From an uncultured Acidobacteriota bacterium (GTDB taxonomy: Bacteria > Acidobacteriota > Thermoanaerobaculia > UBA5066): a DNA stretch of 64,000 bases. The translations under genes were made by a program, and so were the position numbers. The stretch is taken from NCBI GenBank assembly GCA_963779415.1, contig CAVZYA010000001.1, forward strand, positions 384,001 to 448,000, given 5' to 3'. Below, one piece after another: positions 19,313 through 28,315 of the stretch. Each line of letters starts with the position of its first letter. Within the stretch, counting starts at the first letter, position 1. The notes beneath the pieces are model-generated. The model had not been told where the DNA came from. It saw nothing but the letters and a program-made list of their open reading frames with translations, and made no database searches.

Positions 19313-19987
19313 ATGCCGCGAAAGCGTCCGAAGATCGTCGTCGCCGTGACCGCGGCCGTCTTCGCCGCCGCCTGTCGTCGCGAGGCCACGCCCGCGGCCG
19401 AGCCGGCTCCGGTGCCGCGCGCGCCCGAGGCGTCGCGCCCCACGTACCGGGCCCCCGCGGACGGAAGGGTGACGAAGGCGCAGGTCGAGGCGTACCTCGG
19501 CGTCCTGGAGAAGGTGAAGCTCGACCGGAGCCGGAAGCCCTCGGGGAGCATCCTCGTCCCGGGCGACCCGCTCAACATGGAGTCGAGTGATGTCGCGGCG
19601 GCGCGCGAGAGAGGCTGGAACGTCGCGGAGTACCTCTGGGTGCGCGAGCGCGTCCTCGAGGCGGAGGCCGTCGGCCTCGGCGACCGGCTGATGGCCTCGC
19701 ATCTCGCCATGCTGGAAAGGACTCTCGCCGAGCTCCGGACACGCCGGGCCTCCGCGCCGGACGAGGGCTCCAGGAAGCTCCTCGGCGAGCAGATCGCGAA
19801 TTTCGAGACCGAGGCGAACCGGACGCGCCGGGAGTCGCGCGAACGGGATCCGGAAAACGTCCGCGCGAACCTGAAGACGATCGAGCCGCTGCTCGCTCGG
19901 CTCGAGGCGGCGGGAGACGTCCTCGATCAGCCCCTCCCGCGGGGGGCGGCGCCGGTACGCAGCCCCACGCCGGCTCCGTCCCGATGA
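19313..19987 (+). CDS. Hypothetical coiled-coil lipoprotein
   Basis: MPRKRPK-hydrophobic-FAAAC lipobox; TATCAT -10 box at 19301-19306, 6 nt upstream. Confidence 0.65.
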   Translation: MPRKRPKIVVAVTAAVFAAACRREATPAAEPAPVPRAPEASRPTYRAPADGRVTKAQVEAYLGVLEKVKLDRSRKPSGSILVPGDPLNMESSDVAAARERGWNVAEYLWVRERVLEAEAVGLGDRLMASHLAMLERTLAELRTRRASAPDEGSRKLLGEQIANFETEANRTRRESRERDPENVRANLKTIEPLLARLEAAGDVLDQPLPRGAAPVRSPTPAPSR

Positions 19988-20024
19988 TTCCCCTCTGACG
20001 CCTCCGCCCCTTCCGGGCCGGCTC

Positions 20025-22112
20025 CTACCAGACGAGTGCGCCGAGGAGGCTGCTCCGATCGTCGGTCCAGAGGGAGACCTTCCGCCCGTGGTCCGTGAGC
20101 GGGACGGCGGCTCCGGCGATCCCCGGACGCGCGAGGACGTCGGCCCGGCGGCTCATCAGGACCCAGACGCTTCGCCGGTTGGCATGGCCGGGGGGATCCG
20201 CGTCGACTTCGACGGCGGCAAGGCCGGAGTTCCGCGCGGCGGCGAGGAGGACGGGCTGGAGGCGGACGTGTCGGTTCGAGACGTGGAAGGCGAGGATCCC
20301 GTCGTCGTCGCGAAGATGTGCGAGGTAGACGGCCATAGCCTCGGCGGTGAGGAGATGGACCGGCACGGCGTCGCTCGAGAAGGCATCAAGGGCGAGGATG
20401 TCGAATCGTCCGGGCTCCCCACGCGCAAGCTCGCGCTCGAGTGAGAGGCGCGCGTCTCCTTCGACCACGTCGACCCTCCCCGGGGCGTCGGCAAGGAAGG
20501 AGAACGTCGGGTCGACACCCCTCGAGAGCGCCACGACGTCGGGGTTGATCTCGTAGAACCGGATCGCATCCGCGGCCGTGGTGTAGGCCGCGAGCGTCCC
20601 GACGCCGAGCCCGACCACGCCGATCCGGAGAGGCTCGCCGGCCGCCCGGCGCGGGTGGCTCCGGATCGCCCGGCCGACGCCGCTCTCTTCGCCGTAATAC
20701 GCCGTCGGCTGTCGGCGCTTCCCGGGCTCCAGGTACTGGAAGCCGTGCTGTATCCGGCCGTGCGTGAGACTCCGGAGGTGCCACGATGGGTCGCCAGGCA
20801 GCTCCTCCCGGACGCGGAGGACGCCGTAGAAGCTCCGCGAGGTCATGACGGCGCTCTCGAGTCCCTGCTTTATCGGAAGGACGAAGGCCAGAGCGAGGGC
20901 GAGCCAGAGAGCTCCGGCCACGGCGAGAACGGCGAGACTCCGCGCGACCTGCGTCTTCGGGTCTCGCGCCAGGACGACGACCAGAAGCGCGCCGCAGAGA
21001 AGCAGCCCCAGAGGGTATTCCCAGTACCCCTTGAAGAGGAGCGGCGCGAGGACCCCGACGAAGAGGCCTCCGAGCGCGCCCCCCGCCGCGACCGTCAGAT
21101 AGAAGCCGGTGAGGCGGGACGGGTCCGGGCGGAGGCGGTAGAGCTCGCCGTGGCAGACGAGGCATCCCGAGAAGAGCGTCACGGCGAACGCGGCGACCTG
21201 CAACGGCGTCCGAAGGCGGGCGGCCTCCCGGAGAACGACCAGGAGAGGGATGAGGGAGAGGACGAAGAGGAAGGAAGCGATCGGACGCCACGGAACGCGG
21301 GGAAGGTCGAAACAGAGGACGAACGAGAGAAGGTAGAGGGCGAGCGGGAGAACCCAGAGGAAGGGAACCACCGCGACCTCCTGGCACATCTGGTTCGTCG
21401 TCGCCATCAGGAGAATCGAGCCGCAGGCCGAAAGAGCGAGCCAGAGGAAGCGACGGCTCGGCGGCGGCGGATCTTCTTCTTTCACGGCTTCGAGGGGCGG
21501 CGCCGAAGAGTCCCGGGCCTGACGAGACGCCGTGATCGAGAGGGCCGCTGCCGCGACGAGGAAGAGAACCGACCAGGCCCAGTCCTGGGCGCGGAGGCTC
21601 AGCGCGGGCTCGATCACGAATGGGTAGGCGAGGAGGGCGAGAAGCGACCCGAGGTTGGAAAGCGCATAGAGCCGCCAGACGCGGTCCGGCGCCGGGAGCC
21701 GCGCGGCCCACGACTGGAGGAGAGGCCCGGTCGCTGCGAGAAGGAAATAGGGAAGGCCGACGCTCACGGCGAGGAGAGCGAGGATCCGGAGCGACGGGGC
21801 GCCGCTTCCGACCGGCTCGAACCGGCGCGGAGGGGCGAGCGGGGTCCCGAAAGAGAGGGCGAAGAGAGCGATCTGGAGGAGCGCGAGGAGAAGGAGCGCC
21901 GTGTGGATGCGCCGCTGCGCTCGGGGAGAAAGGCGGGCGAGGCGGTCGGCGTAGAGGTAACCGGCGAAGAGAAGGGCCTGGAAGAAGAGGAGGCAGGTGG
22001 TCCAGACCGCCGGGGTGCCGCCGAACCAGGGGAGAAGATGGCGACCGACGATCGGCTGGAGCTGGAACAGGAGAAACGCCGAAAGGAAGATCGCGAGGGC
22101 GTAAAGAGCCAT
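20025..22112 (-). CDS. Multi-pass membrane protein fused to a spermidine-synthase-like SAM-binding domain
   Basis: MALYALAIFLSAFLLFQLQP, about 13 TM, RSFYGVLRV, HGRIQHG, VVGLGVGTLA, YEINP, GDAR, LDAFSSDAVPVHLLT. Confidence 0.85.
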   Translation of the reverse strand: MALYALAIFLSAFLLFQLQPIVGRHLLPWFGGTPAVWTTCLLFFQALLFAGYLYADRLARLSPRAQRRIHTALLLLALLQIALFALSFGTPLAPPRRFEPVGSGAPSLRILALLAVSVGLPYFLLAATGPLLQSWAARLPAPDRVWRLYALSNLGSLLALLAYPFVIEPALSLRAQDWAWSVLFLVAAAALSITASRQARDSSAPPLEAVKEEDPPPPSRRFLWLALSACGSILLMATTNQMCQEVAVVPFLWVLPLALYLLSFVLCFDLPRVPWRPIASFLFVLSLIPLLVVLREAARLRTPLQVAAFAVTLFSGCLVCHGELYRLRPDPSRLTGFYLTVAAGGALGGLFVGVLAPLLFKGYWEYPLGLLLCGALLVVVLARDPKTQVARSLAVLAVAGALWLALALAFVLPIKQGLESAVMTSRSFYGVLRVREELPGDPSWHLRSLTHGRIQHGFQYLEPGKRRQPTAYYGEESGVGRAIRSHPRRAAGEPLRIGVVGLGVGTLAAYTTAADAIRFYEINPDVVALSRGVDPTFSFLADAPGRVDVVEGDARLSLERELARGEPGRFDILALDAFSSDAVPVHLLTAEAMAVYLAHLRDDDGILAFHVSNRHVRLQPVLLAAARNSGLAAVEVDADPPGHANRRSVWVLMSRRADVLARPGIAGAAVPLTDHGRKVSLWTDDRSSLLGALVW

Positions 22113-22155
22113 CGGCGAGACTACGATACAGGCTGGAGCCGTGAGGGAGGATCCG

Positions 22156-22658
22156 ATGAGGATGATCGACCCCCTGCTGATGGAGTTCGACCGCGAGGCG
22201 GGAACGACGCGGAAGCTCCTGGAGCGATGCCCCGACGGAAAGCTGGGGTGGCAGCCACACGCGAAGTCGAGGAGCCTCGGGAAGCTGGCCCAGCACCTCG
22301 CGACGATCCCGGCCCTCGTCGGAATGTCGGTTCTGAAGAGTGGCCTCGACCTCGCGGCCGCTCCTCCCGTCCCCCCGTCCCCGCGACGACCGCCGAGATC
22401 GTGAAGAGCTTCGAGGCGGCCTGCGCCGCAGCGAAGGGGGCGATGGCAAGGCTGGACGACACGATGGCGATGGAAACCTGGACGTTCTCGTATGGTCCGA
22501 AGACGCTCCTGGCGATGCCGCGGATCGCGTTTCTTCGGACGATCCTCCTCAACCACTCGTACCATCACCGTGGACAGCTCTCGGTCTACCTCCGGCTCCT
22601 CGACGTTCCCGTCCCGTCCGTCTACGGGCCGAGCGCGGACGAGAACCCGTTCGGCTGA
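22156..22658 (+). CDS. DinB family protein (thiol-transferase/metal-binding superfamily); -1 frameshift in the C run at about 22371-22376
   Basis: E..TTRKLLE...WQPH.KSRSLG.LA.H in ORF 22141-22404, joined to NHSYHHRGQLSVYLR...VPSVYGPSAD; RBS GGAGG. Confidence 0.8.
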
Positions 22659-22691
22659 AGTCAGCGAGCCGGGGAAGAAAGGGGTGGCGGC

Positions 22692-23492
22692 ATTTCTCGG
22701 AAGACGCTCAGCAACGTTCACGGAGCGCTGATCCCGGAGCCTCTCGACCCGGCCCTTCCGCGCCGGATCGAGAGCTGGGAAAGCACCGCTCTCGGCGAGC
22801 CCGCCTCGATCGCGTTCTACGGGATCTCGGGGCGGGCGGTCCTTCTCTTTCCTTCCGACACGGGAGATCATCTCGAGGCCGAGGACTCCGGGCTCGTCAA
22901 GGCGATCGAGCCGGTTCTCCAAACCGGGCGCCTCCGCGCCGTCGCCGTCGACACGATCAATCGCCGAGCCTGGGCGAACACCGACATCGAGATCGCCGAG
23001 CAGGCGCGCCAGCAGGCGCTCTATGCAACGTTCCTCGAGGAGGAGGTCGTGCCCCGAGTCCGTGCCGGACCGGGGGAAGCCGAAGTCCGGATCGCCGTGG
23101 CGGGAGCCAGCTTCGGCGCCTTCCACGCCGCGAACGCCTTCTTCCGGCGCCCTGACCTCTTCGACGCTCTCATCGCGATGAGCGGCTTTTTCGACCTCGC
23201 GCCGAACTTTCTCCGGGGCTACACCGACGACAACTGCTACTACAACAATCCCGCGTGGTACCTGCCGCGCCTCGAGGGGAAATACCTCGACCTCCTGCGC
23301 GACACGACGGCGATCTACCTCGTCACGGGGCGCGGCCCGTACGAGATGCCGGACGCCTCCTTCGGCCTCTCGTCCATCCTGAGCTCGAAGGGAATTCCCC
23401 ACACCCTCGACATCTGGGGGACGGACGTGACCCACGAGCCGGTCTGGTGGCGGAAGATGCTCTCCCACGCCGTCGAGAAGCTGGGGTGGTAG
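22692..23492 (+). CDS. Putative esterase (alpha/beta hydrolase); start uncertain, no canonical start before 23049
   Basis: The frame is open from 22659 and encodes RRIESWES...FYGISGRAVLLFP...EEEVVP, GASFG nucleophile elbow, MSGFFD, DIWG.DV.H. Confidence 0.75.
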   Translation: MSRKTLSNVHGALIPEPLDPALPRRIESWESTALGEPASIAFYGISGRAVLLFPSDTGDHLEAEDSGLVKAIEPVLQTGRLRAVAVDTINRRAWANTDIEIAEQARQQALYATFLEEEVVPRVRAGPGEAEVRIAVAGASFGAFHAANAFFRRPDLFDALIAMSGFFDLAPNFLRGYTDDNCYYNNPAWYLPRLEGKYLDLLRDTTAIYLVTGRGPYEMPDASFGLSSILSSKGIPHTLDIWGTDVTHEPVWWRKMLSHAVEKLGW

Positions 23493-23505
23493 GGACGGCT
23501 CTCCG

Positions 23506-24654
23506 TCAGCCCCGCCAGGAGTCGTGGTACGCCGGGTCTTCGAGGGCGAGAGCTTCGGGGGTGAGCCTCAGCGGGAGGAAGGTGTCCATCATGACCGCCA
23601 GCTCGTCGGTCGAGCGGCCGCCGATCGACTTCTCGTAGGCCCCCGGGTGCGGGCCGTGCGGGACGCCCGCGGGGTGGAGCGAAACGGCCTTCGGCCCGAT
23701 GCCGCGGCGGCTCGTGAAGTTTCCCCGGACGTAGTAGATGACCTCGTCGCAGTCGACGGAGGTGTGCGGGTAGGGACAGGGGATCGCGTCGGGATGCGTG
23801 TCGGTGACGCGCGGGACGAAAGAACAGATCAGGGCGCCACGCCCGGCGAACGTGGAGTGGACCGTCGGCGGGAGGTGGACGAGCCCCGTCCGCGGCTGAT
23901 AGGAGAGGATCGGGAAGGCGAAGGGCCAGACGGTTCCGTCCCAGCCGACGACGTCGAAGGGGGAGGCGGCGGGGAAGCGCTCGACGAACGAGTCGTCCTT
24001 CTTCACGACGATCCGCCTCGGGCCGGGGCGCGCCCCGCGGAACTCCGGCCTCACGAAGTCGCGGTGCGTGTAAGGCGCGTCCATCCGGAGCTGGCCGACC
24101 GGGTTGCGGAACTCCCGCGGAATGTGCAGGCCGCCGCGAAGCTCGAAGAGGATCCCTTCGAAGGGGGAATGAATCCGGAATCGACGGATGACGCCCCTCG
24201 GGACGAGGACGTAATCGCCGGGGCGGATCGGGAGATCGCCGAAAGGGGACTCGAGGGTTCCCTCACCTTCTAAGAAGAAGAACAATTCGTCTCCGTCCCC
24301 GTTGCAGAAGCCGTCCTCGGTCGTCGCTTCCTTCGGGAGCCGGAAGAGCGAAACCGCGACGTCGTCGTTCGTCAGGAGGGGCGTGAAGCCCTCGGGAGCC
24401 TTCCCGCCGAGGAGGAGCCGCCGGCGGAGCGGCCGCCGGGGCCCTTCGCGGGCCGGCTTGATGTCGAAGCGGCCGGCCTCGCAGGGTCCGATCCGGTCGT
24501 CGGTCATCGGCGGCCCCTCGTGGTAGAGGATCGAGAACTCGCCGTCGAACCCCTTCCGCGTGAGGCACTCCTCGAAGCGGAGCTTTCCCTCCGGGGAGCG
24601 GAAGGCGGTGTGGGGCTTGGCGGGAAGCTGGCCCGCCGCCATCCGGTCGATCAA
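23506..24654 (-). CDS. hmgA: Homogentisate 1,2-dioxygenase
   Basis: TTG start overlaps the hppD stop, with GGAGG SD. NGDGDEL, PFDVVGWDG, VHLPP, CSFVPR, YPHTSVDCDE, HPAGVPHGP. Confidence 0.9.
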   Translation of the reverse strand: MIDRMAAGQLPAKPHTAFRSPEGKLRFEECLTRKGFDGEFSILYHEGPPMTDDRIGPCEAGRFDIKPAREGPRRPLRRRLLLGGKAPEGFTPLLTNDDVAVSLFRLPKEATTEDGFCNGDGDELFFFLEGEGTLESPFGDLPIRPGDYVLVPRGVIRRFRIHSPFEGILFELRGGLHIPREFRNPVGQLRMDAPYTHRDFVRPEFRGARPGPRRIVVKKDDSFVERFPAASPFDVVGWDGTVWPFAFPILSYQPRTGLVHLPPTVHSTFAGRGALICSFVPRVTDTHPDAIPCPYPHTSVDCDEVIYYVRGNFTSRRGIGPKAVSLHPAGVPHGPHPGAYEKSIGGRSTDELAVMMDTFLPLRLTPEALALEDPAYHDSWRG

Positions 24655-25811
24655 CCGACCACCTCCAGCGCGCTCGAGGTGCGCTGGCTCGACTCGATCG
24701 ACTCGAAGAGGGCGCGGAAGTTCCCGTAGCCGAACCCCTTGTCCCCCTCTCGCTGGATGATCTCGTAGAAGAACGGCCCGGCCTTCTCGTCTCCGTACAT
24801 CGCCTGCGCGTCCTGCATGAAGATCTGGAGCATGTATTTGTCGTCGGCGCCGTCGACGAGGATGTGGTTCTTCCGGAGCGCTTCCAGCGGCTCCTTCACG
24901 TTTCCGACCTTCACCTCCGAGAGGCGCTGCGGCAGCCGGTCGTAATAGAGGCCGGGAGCGGGGAGGAAGCGGACGCCGCTCGTCCGGAGCGCCTCGACGG
25001 CCGGGAGGATCTCCTTCACGTGAAAGGCGACGTGCTGGACGCCGGCGCCGTGGTGGTCCTCGCAGAAGCGGTTGATCTGGCTGTCGCGGAAGAAGGGGCG
25101 CATCGGCTCGTTCGTCGCGAACTTGATCCCGCTTTCCGGGTCGGCCATGACGATGGAGCGGAGGCCCGAGCCGGTCATCCTCTTTCCGCCGTCGACGTCG
25201 GCCGTGTGGAACTCGACGTCCCAGTAATGCGAAAAACCGAGGACGTCGCGGTACCAGTGGACGACCGGAAGCATCGTGTAGGCGTTCGAGGTGACGTGGT
25301 CGATCGTCGCGAAGCCGTGACGGTTCTCCGCCGTCTTCCCGTCCCCGACCCGGTCGAAGTCGGGGGCGAAGCGAGGGTAGCTTCCGTCGCGCTCGATGAA
25401 CCGAAATGTCACGTCGTCGAGCGGCGTCGCGATCGAGAAGGTCCGGAACCGCCCGCCCTCCTCCTCGTCGGTCTGGATGTCCGAGAGGAAGGTCCCTCCC
25501 CGCTTCTCGAGAAAGGCCCATGCGGCGTCGACGTTCTTGACGCGGAAGGCGAGGGAAGAGATGCCGTCCGGGTGGATCCGGAGATACCGGGCCGCGCGGG
25601 ACTCCTTCCGGGCGGAGGTGGAGACGAGGACCCGGATCTGACCGGCTCCGAAGACGGCGGCCTCCTCGCCCCCTTTCCTGACCTTCGCCGCGGAGGCGCG
25701 GGCCAGCTCGGTGAAGCCGAGCGCCTCGACGTAGAAACGGCGGCTCCTGCCGAGGTCGTTCACGATGAAGTGGAAGGAGTCGTATCCAACGATGCCCAGC
25801 GAATCGGCCAT
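24651..25811 (-). CDS. hppD: 4-hydroxyphenylpyruvate dioxygenase
   Basis: IDHVT, GLRSIVM, NEP, SQI, GVQHVAF, LQIF, FFYEIIQR, GFGYGNF.ALFESIE. Confidence 0.95.
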   Translation of the reverse strand: MADSLGIVGYDSFHFIVNDLGRSRRFYVEALGFTELARASAAKVRKGGEEAAVFGAGQIRVLVSTSARKESRAARYLRIHPDGISSLAFRVKNVDAAWAFLEKRGGTFLSDIQTDEEEGGRFRTFSIATPLDDVTFRFIERDGSYPRFAPDFDRVGDGKTAENRHGFATIDHVTSNAYTMLPVVHWYRDVLGFSHYWDVEFHTADVDGGKRMTGSGLRSIVMADPESGIKFATNEPMRPFFRDSQINRFCEDHHGAGVQHVAFHVKEILPAVEALRTSGVRFLPAPGLYYDRLPQRLSEVKVGNVKEPLEALRKNHILVDGADDKYMLQIFMQDAQAMYGDEKAGPFFYEIIQREGDKGFGYGNFRALFESIESSQRTSSALEVVG

Positions 25812-25817
25812 GACCTG

Positions 25818-25888
25818 AGTTTAGACCGTGTCTCATCGACGGGGAACCGGTCAGGTCCGCAACGCGGCGCGGGTCCGCTCCGTACAAT
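25818..25888. promoter_or_regulatory. Divergent -10 boxes: TAAACT (minus, 25818-25823) for hppD and TACAAT (plus, 25883-25888) for xerD
   Basis: 6 nt before ATG 25811 and 7 nt before TTG 25896 respectively. Confidence 0.6.
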
Positions 25889-25895
25889 GGAGCGG

Positions 25896-26825
25896 TTGAA
25901 AGGAACCTCTCCTACCAGACCACCGGCCGGTGACTTTTTCGTCCGACACCTTCCACTCTTTCTCGATTACCTCGCCGTCGAGAAGGGGCTGGCGAAGAAC
26001 TCCCTCGAAGGGTATCGCCGCGACCTCTCGGCCTTCGGAGAGCATCTCGCCGACCGGCGTCTGAAGACGAAGGACGTCACCCGCGGGGAGATCGTCTCTT
26101 TCTTCGGAACTCGCCGCGCCGCCGGGGCCTCGCCCCGGAGCCTCGCCCGTGCCACTTCGGCGCTGCGTGGCTTCTTCAAGTTCCTGGTTTCCGAGGAAAT
26201 TCTTCCGTCCGACCCGACGTCCGACCTCGCGAACCCGCGCCGGTGGGCCGTCCTCCCGAAGTTCCTTTCCGCCGACGAAGTGACGAAGCTCCTCGACGCG
26301 CCCGACGCCGAGACGCCGAAGGGGCTTCGGAACCGGGCGATGTTCGAGCTTCTCTACGCCTGCGGCCTCAGGGTCTCGGAGCTGGCTTCTCTTCGAGTCG
26401 AGAACCTGCGCCTTCCGGACGGCTTCGTCATCGTCCGGGGCAAGGGGTCGAAGGAGCGGGTCGTCCCGATCGCGGACGTCTCCGCCCGGTGGGTGGAGCG
26501 GTACCAGAAGACGGTCCGGGCGAAGAAGCGGGGCGCGGCTTCCTCCCCGTGGCTCTTCCCGGGGGCGAAGGGAAGGCCCGTGACGAGGCAGACGGTCTTT
26601 CTGGCGCTGAAGGCTGCGGCCCGTGCGGCCGGGCTTCCGCCGGCCTCGGTCTCGCCGCACGTCCTCCGGCACGCCTTCGCGACGCACCTCGTCGACAACG
26701 ACGCGGACCTGCGCGCCGTCCAGATGATGCTCGGGCACGCCGACATCGCGACGACGGAGATCTACACGCACGTCTCCCGGGCCCGGATCCGCCGCGTCTA
26801 CGACCGGACGCATCCCCGCGCCTGA
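25896..26825 (+). CDS. xerD: Site-specific tyrosine recombinase XerD (start TTG 25896 or ATG 25887)
   Basis: FLDYLAVEKGLAKNS..Y..DL, LPKFLS, RNRAMFELLYACGLRVSEL, GKGSKER, SPHVLRHAFATHL, LGHADIATTEIYTHV, HPRA terminus. Confidence 0.9.
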   Translation: MKGTSPTRPPAGDFFVRHLPLFLDYLAVEKGLAKNSLEGYRRDLSAFGEHLADRRLKTKDVTRGEIVSFFGTRRAAGASPRSLARATSALRGFFKFLVSEEILPSDPTSDLANPRRWAVLPKFLSADEVTKLLDAPDAETPKGLRNRAMFELLYACGLRVSELASLRVENLRLPDGFVIVRGKGSKERVVPIADVSARWVERYQKTVRAKKRGAASSPWLFPGAKGRPVTRQTVFLALKAAARAAGLPPASVSPHVLRHAFATHLVDNDADLRAVQMMLGHADIATTEIYTHVSRARIRRVYDRTHPRA

Positions 26826-26860
26826 CGTCCGGGTTCCGCTATAGTCGGCCGGCCCGACCG

Positions 26861-28312
26861 ATGCCTGCCGCTCCCGTTCTCGATTCCTTCGTCGCCGGCA
26901 ACCGCCGGAGGAGCGATTCCTCCTCCACGCTGCCGAGCCTCAATCCGTCGAGCCCGGCCGACGTCGTGGCGCTCGTACCCGAGGGGGCGGCCTCCGATGT
27001 CGACGCGGCCGTCTCCGCGGCGGCCGAGGCCGGGAAAGGCTGGAGCCGTCTCACCGGCATGGCCCGGGCCGAGCATCTCCATCGATTCGCCGAGGCCGTC
27101 GGCGCTCGGGCGGAAGAGCTGGCGCAGGCGATGGCCCGGGAGGTCGGAAAGCCGATCAGCGAGGCCCGGGGCGAGGCCGCCCGCGGCGTGGCGATCCTCC
27201 GTTACTACGCGGGGGAGGCCGTCCGGGAGGCGGGCTCCGTGATCCCGTGCCAGCTTCCGGAGACGCTGCAGCTGACCCTCCGCGAGCCCCTCGGCGTCGT
27301 CGGCCTGATCACGCCGTGGAACTTCCCGGTGGCGATCCCGCTCTGGAAAGCCGCTCCGGCGCTCGCGTTCGGGAACACCGTCGTCCTCAAGGCGGCCGAA
27401 GCGTCGTCGTACGTCGCCTCGCTCCTCGCCGAGACGGCGGCGGCCGCGAATCTCCCGCCCGGCGTCTTCAACGTCGTCTTCGGCCTCGGACCGACCGTCG
27501 GAGAGGCGCTCGTCTCGCATCCGCTCGTCCGGGGGATCAGCTTTACGGGCTCGGTGAAGGTCGGGGCGCGGGTGGCGGAGATCTCGGCGAGGCGAAACGT
27601 CCGCTACCAGACCGAGATGGGGGGCAAGAACGCCGCCCTCGTCCTCGCCGACGCGGATCTCGGGCGCGCGGGGGCGATGACGATCGCGGGCGCCATGCGC
27701 TTCGCCGGGCAGAAATGCACGGCCACGAGCCGCGTGATCGTCGTGAAGAAGATCTTCGACGAGTTCGTCGGCCTCCTCGCGTCGCAGGCGGCGGCGCTCC
27801 CGATCGGCCCGGTGACCGACCCGGCCGCCGCCGTCGGCCCTCTCGTCTCGGAAAGCTCCCGGACGCGCGTCGCGCGTCTCCTTTCGGGCTCTCCCTGCCG
27901 CGTCCACTCCGGGGGCGGCTTGCCGAAGGACCCGCGCTTCTCGGACGGGTGGTTTCTCTCTCCGACCGTTCTTTCGGAGGTCGATGCCGGCTCCCCGCTT
28001 CTTACGGAGGAGCTTTTTGCACCCGTTCTCGTCGCCATACCCGTGGACGATCTGGACGAGGCGATCGCGGTCGCGAACGCGACGCCGTACGGCCTCTCGG
28101 CCTCGCTCTTCACCCGCGAGGTGAAGAGCGCGCTGACCTACGTCCGGCGGATCGAGGCGGGCCTCGTCCGCGTCAACGGCGACACGACCGGAGTCGACCC
28201 GCACGCGCCTTTCGGCGGCGTGAAGGGCTCCAGCTCCGGAAGCCGGGAGCAGGGGCCTGCGGCCCGGGAGTTCTACACGGAGATCAAGACCGTCCAGATC
28301 TCGGGAGGCTGA
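26861..28312 (+). CDS. Aldehyde dehydrogenase, probably alpha-ketoglutaric semialdehyde dehydrogenase
   Basis: ITPWNFP, FTGS, EMGGKN, GQKCTA, EELFAPV, PFGGVK; first gene of the hydroxyproline operon. Confidence 0.85.
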   Translation: MPAAPVLDSFVAGNRRRSDSSSTLPSLNPSSPADVVALVPEGAASDVDAAVSAAAEAGKGWSRLTGMARAEHLHRFAEAVGARAEELAQAMAREVGKPISEARGEAARGVAILRYYAGEAVREAGSVIPCQLPETLQLTLREPLGVVGLITPWNFPVAIPLWKAAPALAFGNTVVLKAAEASSYVASLLAETAAAANLPPGVFNVVFGLGPTVGEALVSHPLVRGISFTGSVKVGARVAEISARRNVRYQTEMGGKNAALVLADADLGRAGAMTIAGAMRFAGQKCTATSRVIVVKKIFDEFVGLLASQAAALPIGPVTDPAAAVGPLVSESSRTRVARLLSGSPCRVHSGGGLPKDPRFSDGWFLSPTVLSEVDAGSPLLTEELFAPVLVAIPVDDLDEAIAVANATPYGLSASLFTREVKSALTYVRRIEAGLVRVNGDTTGVDPHAPFGGVKGSSSGSREQGPAAREFYTEIKTVQISGG

Positions 28313-28315
28313 AAC

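Noticed and set aside
15837-22658. Programmed frameshifting or true pseudogenes in the TPR and DinB genes
   Set aside because: These are single-base indels in short G/C homopolymers with otherwise intact sequence, so sequencing error is more parsimonious.
25012-25027. parS-like TCCTTCACGTGAAAGG in hppD (also CTGTCCACGTGAACCT at 51842-51857)
   Set aside because: 4-5 mismatches to TGTTNCACGTGAAACA, and both are explained by coding sequence.
26187-26202. Noc-box-like GTTTCCGAGGAAAT inside xerD
   Set aside because: A single imperfect copy within coding sequence, with no further copies recognised.
25896-26825. Phage integrase or island boundary
   Set aside because: XerD-specific features (EKGLAxNS, HPRA end), no att repeats or tRNA target, and housekeeping neighbours.
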